From Thermobaculum sp. (GTDB lineage: Bacteria; Chloroflexota; Chloroflexia; Thermobaculales; Thermobaculaceae), in assembly GCA_042408415.1 (NCBI GenBank), contig JBHORE010000003.1:6156-70155 (forward strand): a DNA stretch of 64,000 nt. Direction: 5' to 3'. The stretch's first letter is position 1; each line of letters begins with the position of its first letter. The position numbers and the translations under genes are program-made. Shown here piece after piece: positions 49,667-60,148 of the stretch. Below the pieces are notes generated by a model. It made no database searches. It worked only from the letters and a program-made list of their open reading frames with translations, and was not told where the DNA came from.

Positions 49667-51260
49667 TAGCATTCTCCAGTGCTGAGAGCACTACGTCATG
49701 TATAGCTTTGGGGAGAAATTCACAACTATAAGGTATATATAGCCTCTCGGTGTACTTGTGAGCGTCAAATCCAAGTACGCCCATATTGATTACATCCAGG
49801 TTAACCTTGCGCATGCTCTCAAAAGGAACGTTGTATAATCCGCTTTCACGCTTGTCGGACCAAATAGGCATGTTTTTGGTTAGCGCTTCCAGGGATGAGG
49901 ATTCAATCTCTAGCTTCATGTAACTGGCATCAGATATGTACGGATAGTAATGCTGTATCTTGATGCGCAAATTAGCAGCCAAATCAGTAACAGCTCTCAC
50001 AAGTGGGTTATCTTCTTCTCCTTTTACACTCGGATAATAAGGGGGTGAAAAGTAGACTACAGCAGCTGGACCAGACATTCCACTCATGTTCCAGGCTGCC
50101 CTTACCAACTCCGCACACCTCATTCTCGAGTCTGCGCCAGCTTCAAACAGCTGTTGGTTTACTTTCCTTAAAGATTGTTCCACTTTATCCTTCCCTAGCA
50201 TAGAGGCGGCAGCTTTCACCAGCTCATCGTAAGTAACGACCTTAGGAGTCACTTCAGGGATATTGATATCAATATCCCTCAGGGACTCTACAATGATAGC
50301 ATTCACCAAAGCATCTATCTCATCTATTACGTTCTCAGGAGATTTTCTTAGAACGAGGTAGTTTATGTAGCAGAAACTTTCGAAAGGGATCCTCACATCA
50401 TAGCAGTCCTTGAAGTCACACATCTTCAGAGTAACAGGTGCAACCGACATCATGTCATTGTCGGTATCTGCCAAATCGGGATTCATACTTATCTTGGAAA
50501 CAATCCTTGCCAGGAGCAAATTAGAGTCAATCCCTTTTGAAGGCTCCCCTGCATGGGACTCAACACCACGCACGTAGATACTAGGGAGCAACTTACCTAT
50601 AGTACCTACATGTATAGTGGAATCCATCTCCTCAGGAGAGCTAGGTGTCGAATAATCAGTATTTATAGCACCTATTAGCCTAAGACCTTCCTTCTCTGCA
50701 AGGGTTGAGAGCCACTCTACGGCTCCCATGATGCCTATGCTCTCAGCCTCCTCATCTGGTACAGACAAGAATATTATGCTACCCGGTAACTCTTTTCCCT
50801 GAAGCTTCTCCTTACAAAACCTAGATAGAGCCCATAGATGAGCAGCAATACCTGCTTTCATATCGACCGTACCACGACCGAATAACCAATCAGATTCGGC
50901 CCTTAGATGCTCATAGACAAGCTCATCTAATTGCTCCCTTCGAGATAACAAGTGTTCGCGTAGCGCACTAGGATCACAGGCATAACTTCCAAGATCGCCA
51001 TAATCTGAAACATCAACAGTATCAAAATGAGATATCAAGACAATAGCGTTGTTCGAATTTCCCCTCAGCAAGGCCCAAACAAAAGAACGTTCCCAGGGAT
51101 CTCCAGCTATCTTCTGTATTCCGTGTTGAAGTAGGCCAAGTCCAACCTCGTCAAGAAGCTCATCTATTAGAGCAGGTATGCTTTTTTCGCCCTCTGTCCT
51201 TGTAAAGCTAGGATGCTCTACAAGCCGCAATATGATACTCAGAACACTCTCTTTAGACAT
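49659..51260 (-). CDS. RocB-like M20/M25/M40 metallo-hydrolase
   Basis: SHFDTV, GRGTVDMKAG, PDEE, GTIGKLLP, PPYYP, ISDASY, DAHKYTER. Start probably ATG 51260. Confidence 0.85.
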   Translation of the reverse strand: MSKESVLSIILRLVEHPSFTRTEGEKSIPALIDELLDEVGLGLLQHGIQKIAGDPWERSFVWALLRGNSNNAIVLISHFDTVDVSDYGDLGSYACDPSALREHLLSRREQLDELVYEHLRAESDWLFGRGTVDMKAGIAAHLWALSRFCKEKLQGKELPGSIIFLSVPDEEAESIGIMGAVEWLSTLAEKEGLRLIGAINTDYSTPSSPEEMDSTIHVGTIGKLLPSIYVRGVESHAGEPSKGIDSNLLLARIVSKISMNPDLADTDNDMMSVAPVTLKMCDFKDCYDVRIPFESFCYINYLVLRKSPENVIDEIDALVNAIIVESLRDIDINIPEVTPKVVTYDELVKAAASMLGKDKVEQSLRKVNQQLFEAGADSRMRCAELVRAAWNMSGMSGPAAVVYFSPPYYPSVKGEEDNPLVRAVTDLAANLRIKIQHYYPYISDASYMKLEIESSSLEALTKNMPIWSDKRESGLYNVPFESMRKVNLDVINMGVLGFDAHKYTERLYIPYSCEFLPKAIHDVVLSALENANG

Positions 51261-51270
51261 ACCAGAAATT

Positions 51271-51759
51271 TCACCTCTCAAGCGATTCTCTAATGGTTCC
51301 CAGAATGTGGGTGGTCGAAAAACCTTCTTGATAGGGTAATATAACTACCCTGCCACCATAACTTCTAACTATCGCAGACTCTGGGAGGCTATTGACATCT
51401 GGGGTATAATCCCCGCCTTTGAAGTAGATATCGGGCTTGATAGCTTCTACGATCCTTTCAGCCGTTATGTCCGAGAATATGGTTACGTAGTCTACACAGC
51501 GCAAGGCAGACAAAACCTCAGCACGAAATACATCCGGGATGATAGGTCTTTGCGGTCCCTTTAGAGCTCGAACTGATTCATCGCTATTGACGCCCACTAT
51601 TAGTACGTCCACCATGGACTTAGCTGCACATAGATAGCGGACATGACCCACATGCAAAATATCGAAGCACCCGTTAGTAAAGCCTATACTCTTCACCTGC
51701 TTCCTAATAGCGCTCACTAATCTAACGATATCCTGTTGGTCTAGTACTCTTTGCTCCAA
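51271..51759 (-). CDS. rfaE2: RfaE2 (HldE domain II)-like nucleotidyltransferase
   Basis: FTNGCFDILHVGH, VGVNSDESVRALKG..RP, KGGDY, GFSTT. Confidence 0.88.
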   Translation of the reverse strand: MEQRVLDQQDIVRLVSAIRKQVKSIGFTNGCFDILHVGHVRYLCAAKSMVDVLIVGVNSDESVRALKGPQRPIIPDVFRAEVLSALRCVDYVTIFSDITAERIVEAIKPDIYFKGGDYTPDVNSLPESAIVRSYGGRVVILPYQEGFSTTHILGTIRESLER

Positions 51760-51771
51760 AATTCCTCCTAA

Positions 51772-52773
51772 TTACCTCAGACTTTGTAGTAGATCGTGTT
51801 GGGACACGTAGGCATTACCAAGTTTCTGCACAACTAGTGAAGCCGCTTTATTAGCCAGAAATGAAGCTGTAGCAACATCGCCCCCCAGAGCCATCACCAA
51901 AGCTAGCACAGCTATAACTGTATCCCCAGCCCCAACTACATCCACAACGGTAACTTTTTCTCCTGGAACATGAACGTAGCCGGTATCTTGGGAATAAGCA
52001 GATATACCATTAGAATCACGAGTTACAACCAGCCAATCACACTCTAAATATTTAGCCGCCTGTGGGAGTAGGTACTCGAAATCGGCTTCGGTTTCTAATT
52101 TATGACCTAGCGATCTCTCTGCCTCGCGTCTGTTACAGCGTATGCATTTATATCCCTTGAAACGGGAAAGCTCTCCCTGAGAATCTACCAATATAGGGAT
52201 ATCGAGATATTGTGAAGTCTCCAAGCAAGACGCTATCACCTCAGGGTTTACTACTCCAACTCTATAATCCGAGACTAGTATGACATCCGCCCTCGAAGCT
52301 TTATCTTTTATATTTTTGTTCAGTTCAGATATCTGATGACTTCTCAAAGGCTCTCTATCTACTTTGTCTACTCTAGCTACCTGCTGTGGAAGGGATAGTA
52401 ACCCTTCTGCTAATATTCTCGTCTTCTCAGTTGTTCTCCTATCTGGAGAGGAAACAAGATGAGATGACTCAACTCCGTGCTTATCCAACAACTCTCGGAG
52501 CTCCGCTGCAGCTGAGTCATCCCCAACCACCCCTACAAGCGAAACCTGTGCACCTAAAGAAGCTAAGTTCAGAGCGGGGTTAGATGCAGCCCCAGGAAGG
52601 GCGTACTCACGCCTCCACTCAAGGACTGGCACTGGAGCTTCCCTAGACAGCCTAGTTGGTTCGCCAAATATATATCTATCTAGGCATACATCACCAACAA
52701 CTAGCGCACTAACTCGGTGGAAAGATGTGATAAGATTTATCAGTTGCTGTTTATCTGTATTATTCAGTTTCAC
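51772..52773 (-). CDS. rfaE1: RfaE1 (HldE domain I)-like PfkB sugar-phosphate kinase
   Basis: VVGDVCLDRY...RLSREAPVPV, SDY.GVV, DVVGAGDTV. Confidence 0.85.
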   Translation of the reverse strand: MKLNNTDKQQLINLITSFHRVSALVVGDVCLDRYIFGEPTRLSREAPVPVLEWRREYALPGAASNPALNLASLGAQVSLVGVVGDDSAAAELRELLDKHGVESSHLVSSPDRRTTEKTRILAEGLLSLPQQVARVDKVDREPLRSHQISELNKNIKDKASRADVILVSDYRVGVVNPEVIASCLETSQYLDIPILVDSQGELSRFKGYKCIRCNRREAERSLGHKLETEADFEYLLPQAAKYLECDWLVVTRDSNGISAYSQDTGYVHVPGEKVTVVDVVGAGDTVIAVLALVMALGGDVATASFLANKAASLVVQKLGNAYVSQHDLLQSLR

Positions 52774-53264
52774 CTTTGACGTGCCACTGCTAAAAATAAC
52801 GCGACTACCGCCATAACCACCTGAAACAGGAAATCCATGTTAGTACTTACCGTCAATCCCCTCTGCAATTCTCCAATCAGTCCTATGACCACAGCTATCA
52901 GAACCATGATCGCTGCAACAGCTTGCATTTCAGGTCCGCGTTTTCTACCAGATACGAGACTAATCATCTCCCCTCCGACAAATCCAAGTACCAGGGCTAT
53001 CCAAAAGGCGTAACGCGGATACATCATCCATAGCGCCCCTAACACTACAGAAAGGGGAAGTACTGCCAGAAAAGACTTGGCGATCTGACCGATGGAAGGC
53101 GCATACACCCCAGATCTAGGACTACTAGCACATTCCCTACACCTTATACCTACTGGTGTGTAGACCATACATCTAAAGCAAACTGGCTTACCACAGCGAG
53201 AGCATGTAAGGCTAGTTACCTGATCCGGATGTCTTGGACAACGAACTTCTTGCTCCACTATCAT
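52770..53264 (-). CDS. B-box-type zinc finger membrane protein
   Basis: CPRHPD...CSRCGKPVCFRCM....VGIRCREC followed by about 4 TM helices. Confidence 0.8.
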   Translation of the reverse strand: MIVEQEVRCPRHPDQVTSLTCSRCGKPVCFRCMVYTPVGIRCRECASSPRSGVYAPSIGQIAKSFLAVLPLSVVLGALWMMYPRYAFWIALVLGFVGGEMISLVSGRKRGPEMQAVAAIMVLIAVVIGLIGELQRGLTVSTNMDFLFQVVMAVVALFLAVARQR

Positions 53265-54049
53265 CCTTTCTTTATGTTAATGCCTTGGGAAAGCAATAAC
53301 TCTTTAAGAATTAAATAGACAAATATTGGCAAAGCGATCTGACGTTTCCAACGCCAAGGCTGTCGCAGAAGCCTATAAAACCACTCTAACCCTAACTTAC
53401 GTATTAGTCTTGGAGCTCTAGGCACTTTGCCGGATAGATAGTCAAAGGTCCCGCCAACTCCCATTGCAACTATAGAGCCGAGATATGGAAGGTTCCTGTG
53501 AATCCAAATCTCTTGATTTCGCATCCCAAAAGCCACAAACAACAACCTAGCTCCACTATTTTTTATCATTTGTCTTATGTGCTCGTCTTCCTCAGGACCA
53601 TGGCATCCTGCATAAGTGCCCGCAACTTGTAGCTCTGGGATCCCTGCTCTCAGGGCTAGGGCAGCTGCTTCGGCTACTCCTGGGGCAGCTCCCAAGAAGA
53701 ATACTGGCCAACCCTTATTAGCAGCTAGGGCACATATATCTCTAATTATGTCTGCTCCTGGAGTGCGTGGAGACCTAATATGGTATAGCAGAAACAGCGC
53801 AATCTGGACACCCACCCCATCCACCACAGTAAGATCTGCGCTGTTTAGTACCTGAAGAAATCGAGGATCTTTCTGTGTCAATACTATAAATTCGGGATTT
53901 ACCGTCGCTATCCAGCCACTGTGACCCCTTTCAAGAGTACTTGCTATAAAGCCGATGATTTGATCTATAGGAGCAGGGGTAACTCTAACTTTCAGGACTT
54001 CGAATTCCGATTGAAAGCCTAGATTCATGCCTTCTAAATATCTAGTCAA
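53261..54049 (-). CDS. WecB/TagA/CpsF family glycosyltransferase
   Basis: TVNPE, DGVGV, FFLGA.PGVAE, QEIWI, GVGGTFD, RAP, GLEWFYRL. Confidence 0.93.
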   Translation of the reverse strand: MTRYLEGMNLGFQSEFEVLKVRVTPAPIDQIIGFIASTLERGHSGWIATVNPEFIVLTQKDPRFLQVLNSADLTVVDGVGVQIALFLLYHIRSPRTPGADIIRDICALAANKGWPVFFLGAAPGVAEAAALALRAGIPELQVAGTYAGCHGPEEDEHIRQMIKNSGARLLFVAFGMRNQEIWIHRNLPYLGSIVAMGVGGTFDYLSGKVPRAPRLIRKLGLEWFYRLLRQPWRWKRQIALPIFVYLILKELLLSQGINIKKG

Positions 54050-54071
54050 GCAGCTTTCTCCACAGAAGAAC

Positions 54072-54458
54072 TTAGGGTATGAGCATATTTATAGCTAATT
54101 GTAAATCTTTTAGGTCAAAAGGCTTTTCAATGATCCAATCAGCTTTCGTAGCCCTGAAATCTCTTAGATACTTACGCTTAGCACTTAGGATGATGACAGG
54201 TATATTCATAGTCTCCTCGTCAGACTTAAGTGACTCCAGAAGCTGTAGGCCGTCGACACGGGGTAATTCTATATCTAAAGTTATGAGAGCAGGATGTAGC
54301 CTCTTGATCATCACTAGAGCAGTTTCAGCCTCCTCTAGGGGTAGAACTCTATAACCTTCCCCCTCAAATACAAGGGTGAGAAAGTCTCGCACCTCGTCAT
54401 TATCATCTATTACCACTATCGTCCGACTATCCACTGAAGACATCAGAGCCACATCCAA
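54072..54458 (-). CDS. Single-domain response regulator receiver
   Basis: VVIDD, LITLDIELP.VDG (phospho-acceptor Asp), IPVIILSA, KPF. Confidence 0.9.
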   Translation of the reverse strand: MDVALMSSVDSRTIVVIDDNDEVRDFLTLVFEGEGYRVLPLEEAETALVMIKRLHPALITLDIELPRVDGLQLLESLKSDEETMNIPVIILSAKRKYLRDFRATKADWIIEKPFDLKDLQLAINMLIP

Positions 54459-54627
54459 TCTGTAAGCAGATTTTACTCCAAAAAGTTAGCACATTCATTC
54501 ATTTTGCAAAAAGCATACCCTGGAATACGTGTGGGCATCTAGATGTTATGAGTAATGAAGCCGCTGATTCAGATACAGTTGCAAACTAGCGGCTCTACTA
54601 CAAACTTTTTGGGTGAGGTAGAAGGAA

Positions 54628-57075
54628 TTGGCGCTGAATAGGTTTACTGATCAAGCTCACGATGCATTTCAAAGAGCCCATGAAGCTATGTTGCGCATGG
54701 GTCACTCATATCTGGATGTAGAACACCTGTTACTGGGACTGTTGGAGCAGCCAGATAGCACGGCCCAGATGATCCTGAAGCGTGTGGGCGTAGATATACC
54801 GAGACTAAAGGATCAGGTCGAGCAGGTGCTACGTGGCTCTCAACCGGTCACTCCAAATCGTGGTAACCAATTGCAGGTGTATGTAACAGCTAGGGTAAGA
54901 CAGCTGGGAGCATCCGCAGCCATGGAGGCGGACAGAAACGGGGATGAATACGTAAGCACAGAGCACATATTGCTAGCTTTGTGCAAAGATAATACTGGCC
55001 CCGCAAGCAGGCTGCTCTCGGCAAGTGGTGCTACACCTGAAGCAGTAGAGAAGGCCTTCCACGAGATCAGAGGTGAAGAGAAGATAACCGATCCTCATGC
55101 TAGCGCCCAGGGACAGGCACTCGAGAAGTTTGCCGTCGACCTGACTGCGCTGGCCGAGAAGAACGAGCTTGATCCTCTGATAGGCAGAAGGACAGAGCTG
55201 CGCCGGGTCATGCAGATACTATCTAGAAGAACCAAGAACAATCCCGTCCTTATAGGAGAGCCCGGGGTAGGTAAGACTGCAATCGTGGAAGGACTTGCTC
55301 AAGCTATAGTCAGGGATGAGGTGCCTGAGCCACTGAGGGGCAAGAGGGTACTATCACTTGACTTGGCCTCAATGCTTGCTGGATCTAAGTTCCGAGGAGA
55401 GTTTGAAGAAAGGCTACGTGCCGTAGTAGACGAGATCAAGCAATCTAAGGGCCAGATTATACTGTTTATAGACGAGATACATACGATTGTTGGAGCTGGG
55501 GCTGCGGAAGGCGCAATGGATGCCGCCAATATGTTGAAGCCTGCCCTTGCTAGAGGACAGCTGCAGGCGATAGGAGCAACTACACTTGACGAATACAGAA
55601 AACATATTGAGAAGGACGCAGCTCTGGAGAGGAGACTAGCTCCGGTGTTTGTTGAGGAGCCCTCCCCAGAAGAGACCCTGCAAGTCCTTTATGGAGTAAG
55701 GGACAGGTACGAGCAGCACCACGGCCTGAAGATATCTGATGAGGCGCTTGAGGCAGCTGTGAGGCTATCCCACAGATACCTCAAGGAACGCAGACTGCCT
55801 GATAAGGCTATAGACCTCATGGATGAGGCAGCCAGCAAGGTGCGCCTAGATAACTTTGATCTACCTGAGGAGCTTAAGTCTTACAAGCGAAAGATTGAGA
55901 GCTTGAACTCGCAGATCGAAGCGGCAGTGGCTGAGCAGGATTATGAGCGTGCAGCTATGCTCAAGGCTGAACTCATAAAGACACAAAATGAGTACGATAA
56001 GGAATACGAGAAGATCAAGTCAGAGCATCCAATAAGTGAGACAGTAACTGCCAAGGATATAGCTGAGGTTGTAGCACAATGGACTGGTGTTCCAGTCAAC
56101 CAAATGCTAGAGTCTGAGACTGCTAAGCTGGCTCACATGGAGGAAGCTCTGCATAAGAGAGTCATCGGACAGGATCAAGCCATACAAGCTGTATCTGACG
56201 CCATTAGAAGGAGCAGAGCAGGCCTATCTGATCCCAACAGGCCAATAGGTTCCTTCATATTCCTTGGACCAACAGGAGTAGGTAAGACCGAGCTGGCTAG
56301 AGCGTTAGCTGAGTTCCTGTTCGATGATAGGGAAGCCATGGTCCGAATAGATATGAGCGAGTATGGCGAGCGTCATACGGTATCCAGGTTGATAGGGTCT
56401 CCTCCCGGATATGTGGGTTACGATGAGGGTGGACAGCTAACTGAGGTTGTCCGACGGAGGCCATATCAGGTGATATTGTTTGACGAAATAGAGAAGGCTC
56501 ACCCTGAGGTCTTCAACGTAATGTTGCAGATACTTGATGATGGTAGGCTGACTGATGGGCATGGGAGAACAGTTGACTTTAGAAACACGGTCATCATTAT
56601 GACTAGCAATGTGGGTACTGGTTGGATCGAGCAGTACCAGCCACTAGGGTTCACCAGGGCTGTGGACAGTCGAGGTGAGCAGAAGAAGCTTGAGGATGCT
56701 GTGACCAGAGCACTAAGGGAAACCTTTAGGCCCGAGTTTCTGAACAGAATAGACGAGATCATAGTATTCCATCCGCTCACCAGAGAACAGATACTGCAAA
56801 TAGTGGACATACAACTAGGTGACCTTAAGAAGAGGCTCGAGGAGCGCAAGATAAACCTGGAGCTGACACAAGCAGCTAAGGAGTGGCTAGCTGATGAGGG
56901 ATTTGATCCCACCTTCGGTGCTAGACCATTGAAGAGGACCATCCAGAAGAACATAGAGAACCTGATTTCGAAGATGCTTATAAGCGGCGAGATCAAAGAG
57001 GGAGACACTGTAGTTGTCGATAGAGATGGGGATAGGCTTACATTCTCATCTCTCCAACCAGTCGTAACTCAGTAG
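54628..57075 (+). CDS. clpC: ATP-dependent Clp protease ATPase subunit ClpC
   Basis: Clp N repeats, NBD1 GEPGVGKT, short UVR-type middle domain ([11 protein letters not shown]), NBD2 GPTGVGKT, ClpP-binding loop LGF. Confidence 0.92.
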   Translation: MALNRFTDQAHDAFQRAHEAMLRMGHSYLDVEHLLLGLLEQPDSTAQMILKRVGVDIPRLKDQVEQVLRGSQPVTPNRGNQLQVYVTARVRQLGASAAMEADRNGDEYVSTEHILLALCKDNTGPASRLLSASGATPEAVEKAFHEIRGEEKITDPHASAQGQALEKFAVDLTALAEKNELDPLIGRRTELRRVMQILSRRTKNNPVLIGEPGVGKTAIVEGLAQAIVRDEVPEPLRGKRVLSLDLASMLAGSKFRGEFEERLRAVVDEIKQSKGQIILFIDEIHTIVGAGAAEGAMDAANMLKPALARGQLQAIGATTLDEYRKHIEKDAALERRLAPVFVEEPSPEETLQVLYGVRDRYEQHHGLKISDEALEAAVRLSHRYLKERRLPDKAIDLMDEAASKVRLDNFDLPEELKSYKRKIESLNSQIEAAVAEQDYERAAMLKAELIKTQNEYDKEYEKIKSEHPISETVTAKDIAEVVAQWTGVPVNQMLESETAKLAHMEEALHKRVIGQDQAIQAVSDAIRRSRAGLSDPNRPIGSFIFLGPTGVGKTELARALAEFLFDDREAMVRIDMSEYGERHTVSRLIGSPPGYVGYDEGGQLTEVVRRRPYQVILFDEIEKAHPEVFNVMLQILDDGRLTDGHGRTVDFRNTVIIMTSNVGTGWIEQYQPLGFTRAVDSRGEQKKLEDAVTRALRETFRPEFLNRIDEIIVFHPLTREQILQIVDIQLGDLKKRLEERKINLELTQAAKEWLADEGFDPTFGARPLKRTIQKNIENLISKMLISGEIKEGDTVVVDRDGDRLTFSSLQPVVTQ

Positions 57076-57101
57076 CAAGCAAAAACTCGTAAAAGTAAGG
57101 A

Positions 57102-57142
57102 TACTAGAGCCTGGGAGATGCTCCCAGGCTCTAGTACTATTT
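57102..57142 (+). terminator. Long hairpin terminator after clpC
   Basis: TACTAGAGCCTGGGAG-ATG-CTCCCAGGCTCTAGTA, perfect 16-bp stem, then CTATTT. Confidence 0.8.
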
Positions 57143-57225
57143 AGAAGCACCTAAAATCGTTATGGATGACCTAATACAGACTAGGAAGAAAGCTATAATC
57201 ACAACGTAATCCGATGGAGGCCAAA

Positions 57226-58977
57226 ATGCTCTTTTCAAAACTCGCAGAATACTTTGAACAGTTGGACCATACCACAAGTAGAAACACCTTAGTAGCCATT
57301 TTGGCCGACTTGTACTCCAAATGTGATCAGTCCGAAGTGCGACCAATTACTTACCTACTACAAGGCAGGATTGCACCTTTCTTTAAGCCTATCGAGATAG
57401 GTATGGGAATAAACTACGTTGCAGACGCTATTGCTAGAGCTTTTGGTGTGGACAGAAAACATGTTATGCAGGTCTTTGATAAAGTTGGAGATATTGGCAC
57501 AGCAGCTCGTCAGGTGCAGCAGGAGGCCGGAAAAGATCTGCCCGCGGAAGACACCCCAACTGTCTCGGAAATATTCAATCAGCTTATGGCTATAAGTCAG
57601 GTATCCGGCCCAGGCAGTATTGAGAAGAAGATAAGCATGTTCGCAAATATATTACAGAAGCTGGATCCTAGATCTGTAACCTACATATGCAGAATACCAG
57701 TAGGTACCTTGAGGCTAGGAGTAGGAGATCCAACTATTTTGGATGCTTTATCTTTTGCTAAGAGCGGAGATAAGAGCCTTCGCAAACCTCTAGAAAGGGC
57801 CTATAATGAAACCTCAGATCTCGGACTCATAGCTGAGACCCTATGGAAGGAGGGTATAGAGGGCATAGAGAAACTCTCTATTATGCCCGGTAATCCAGTA
57901 AGACCAGCTCTAGCTGAGAGACTTCCCACTCCCGAGGCCATAATCAACAGGATGGGGCAATGTGCTGTTGAGAAGAAATACGATGGTTTCCGATGTCAGG
58001 TACACAAAATAGGAAACGAGGTGAAAATATTCTCTAGGAATCTTGAGGACATGACAGGGATGTTCCCTGAAATCACCAGCGGCACTCTAGCCATGGTGGA
58101 TGCAGAAACTGCTATTTTTGAAGGAGAAGCCCTTGCTTACCACCCCTTATCTGGAGAGTTCCTCCCGTTTCAAGTCACTACAAAGCGAAGAAGAAAGCAC
58201 AAAATAGAAGAAGCGGCTCAAGAACTCCCATTAAAGTTGTTTGCTTTCGACATTCTCTATAAGAATGGTGAAAACTTGATGGGAATGAAATATGTAGAGA
58301 GAAGGGAGGTACTAGCAGATACCATTAAGGGGGAAGACTCTCTCATCATTTCAGAATGGGTCATAGCAGATAACGTTGAGAAGTTGATGGAGGTTTTTAA
58401 CGAGGCAATAGAAAGTGGCCTCGAAGGCATAGTCGCCAAGAGGTTAGACTCCCCTTATCAGGCAGGAGCAAGGAACTTTAACTGGGTAAAGCTCAAAAGA
58501 ACTCACGCAGGGCAACTGCAAGATACTGTCGACTGCGTCATAGTAGGCTACATCTATGGCAGAGGGAAAAGGGCACAACTCGGTGCTGGAGCATTATTGG
58601 TTGCCGTTTATAACTCAGACAAGGATACATTTCAAACCATCACTAAGATAGGCACAGGACTAACTGACGAAGAATGGAAGGAAGTCGTAGAAAGATGTAA
58701 ACCCTATGTTACAGAAGAAAAACCAGCTCGAGTAGAAAGCATAATTCAGCCAAGCGTGTGGGTGGAGCCCGCGGTAGTTATAGAGGTACTCGCCGACGAA
58801 ATCACAAGGTCTCCGGTGCACACAGCAGGTATGGATGGAGATAAGCAGGGATATGCCCTTAGGTTCCCTCGCCTGGTGAGCTTTAGAGAGTCGGACAAGC
58901 GACCAGAAGATGCTACCACGGTACAAGAGATAATAGAGATGTATCAACAACAAGCTATCAAACAAGTTGCTTCATAA
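57226..58977 (+). CDS. ATP-dependent DNA ligase, archaeal/LigI-type with N-terminal DNA-binding domain
   Basis: Motif I EKKYDGFR, FEGE, FAFDIL, EGIVAK, WVKLK, ALRFPR; ATG 57226 with GGAGG SD. Confidence 0.93.
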   Translation: MLFSKLAEYFEQLDHTTSRNTLVAILADLYSKCDQSEVRPITYLLQGRIAPFFKPIEIGMGINYVADAIARAFGVDRKHVMQVFDKVGDIGTAARQVQQEAGKDLPAEDTPTVSEIFNQLMAISQVSGPGSIEKKISMFANILQKLDPRSVTYICRIPVGTLRLGVGDPTILDALSFAKSGDKSLRKPLERAYNETSDLGLIAETLWKEGIEGIEKLSIMPGNPVRPALAERLPTPEAIINRMGQCAVEKKYDGFRCQVHKIGNEVKIFSRNLEDMTGMFPEITSGTLAMVDAETAIFEGEALAYHPLSGEFLPFQVTTKRRRKHKIEEAAQELPLKLFAFDILYKNGENLMGMKYVERREVLADTIKGEDSLIISEWVIADNVEKLMEVFNEAIESGLEGIVAKRLDSPYQAGARNFNWVKLKRTHAGQLQDTVDCVIVGYIYGRGKRAQLGAGALLVAVYNSDKDTFQTITKIGTGLTDEEWKEVVERCKPYVTEEKPARVESIIQPSVWVEPAVVIEVLADEITRSPVHTAGMDGDKQGYALRFPRLVSFRESDKRPEDATTVQEIIEMYQQQAIKQVAS

Positions 58978-59002
58978 ACTACGTTGCTTGAGGTGAGGTA
59001 TC

Positions 59003-60106
59003 ATGGCGGACCCGAGACATCAGAAGTTAGCACAGGTACTTATAAACTACTCATTAGGTATACAACCTGGAGATAAGCTTATAATCACCGCTCCTGCTGC
59101 AGCCGCTCCCCTTGTAAGAGAAGCTTATAGAGAGGCCATCAGGGCTGGTGCACATGTTATGACCAGGATAACTATAGATGGCCTGGCCGAGATAAGGTTC
59201 CGTGAAAGTACCGACGAGCAGTTGAGATTCGTGCTAGAACCCGAGAGACAGGAGATAGAATACTTCGATGCTATGCTAAGGATAATGGCGGATGAGAATA
59301 CCAAGTCTCTAACCAATGTAGACCCTAACAAGCTAGCCATCGCCCAGCAAGCACGAACAGATATCATGAGAAGATATCTTGAAAGAGCCGCAACAGGCGA
59401 GCTCAGATGGTGCCTGACTCTGTACCCTACACATGCGTATGCTCAGGATGCAGAGATGTCCCTAGAGGAATATGAAAACTTTGTGTTTAACGCAGGATTA
59501 ATCCATCACGATAACCCATCTGAATCATGGCAAAAGATAGCCAAAAAGCAACAAGAAATCGTGAAGCTGCTTGAAAGCCATGATGAAATACATATCGTTG
59601 GGAATGATATCGATCTCCGCTACCGAGTAGGGGGAAGAAAATGGATAAGTGCAGATGGCAAGCATAACTTCCCAGACGGGGAGGTATTCACCGGACCTAT
59701 TGAGGACTCAGTAAATGGTCATATAAGGTTCAGCTATCCAGCCGTATACAACGGAAGGGAGGTAGAAAACGTGAGGCTTACCTTCCAGGACGGCAAGGTT
59801 GTAGACGCCACTGCTTCCCGCGGGGAGGATTTGCTGAACTCAATGCTAAATATCGATGAGGGAGCCAGAAGAGTCGGCGAAGTAGCCTTTGGCCTAAACT
59901 ACGATATTCAGAAGTTCACTCGTAACATACTTTTCGACGAAAAGATAGGTGGAACGATGCATATGGCCCTTGGAAGGGCTTACCCTGAAACGGGTGGGAC
60001 CAATGCATCCGCCATACATTGGGATATGATCGCAGATCTGACTGATGCTAAGGTCTACGCCGACGGAGAGCTCATATACGAAAACAGGAAGTTCAAGATC
60101 TGGTAG
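59003..60106 (+). CDS. Aminopeptidase, M29 family (AmpT/AmpS)
   Basis: NFPDGEVFT, GEVAFG, LFDEKIGG.MHMALG.AY, NASAIHWDMI. Confidence 0.92.
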   Translation: MADPRHQKLAQVLINYSLGIQPGDKLIITAPAAAAPLVREAYREAIRAGAHVMTRITIDGLAEIRFRESTDEQLRFVLEPERQEIEYFDAMLRIMADENTKSLTNVDPNKLAIAQQARTDIMRRYLERAATGELRWCLTLYPTHAYAQDAEMSLEEYENFVFNAGLIHHDNPSESWQKIAKKQQEIVKLLESHDEIHIVGNDIDLRYRVGGRKWISADGKHNFPDGEVFTGPIEDSVNGHIRFSYPAVYNGREVENVRLTFQDGKVVDATASRGEDLLNSMLNIDEGARRVGEVAFGLNYDIQKFTRNILFDEKIGGTMHMALGRAYPETGGTNASAIHWDMIADLTDAKVYADGELIYENRKFKIW

Positions 60107-60109
60107 AGC

Positions 60110-60141
60110 TGTGCGCGGCAGATAGAGTCCTGCCGCGCACA
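60110..60141. terminator. GC-rich hairpin between convergent genes
   Basis: TGTGCGCGGCAG-N8-CTGCCGCGCACA, 12-bp stem; no 3' U-tract on either strand. Confidence 0.6.
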
Positions 60142-60148
60142 AAAATAA

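Noticed and set aside
54486-54512. CIRCE-like TTAGCAC... upstream of clpC
   Set aside because: Only the left arm partly matches; the right arm and spacing do not fit TTAGCACTC-N9-GAGTGCTAA.
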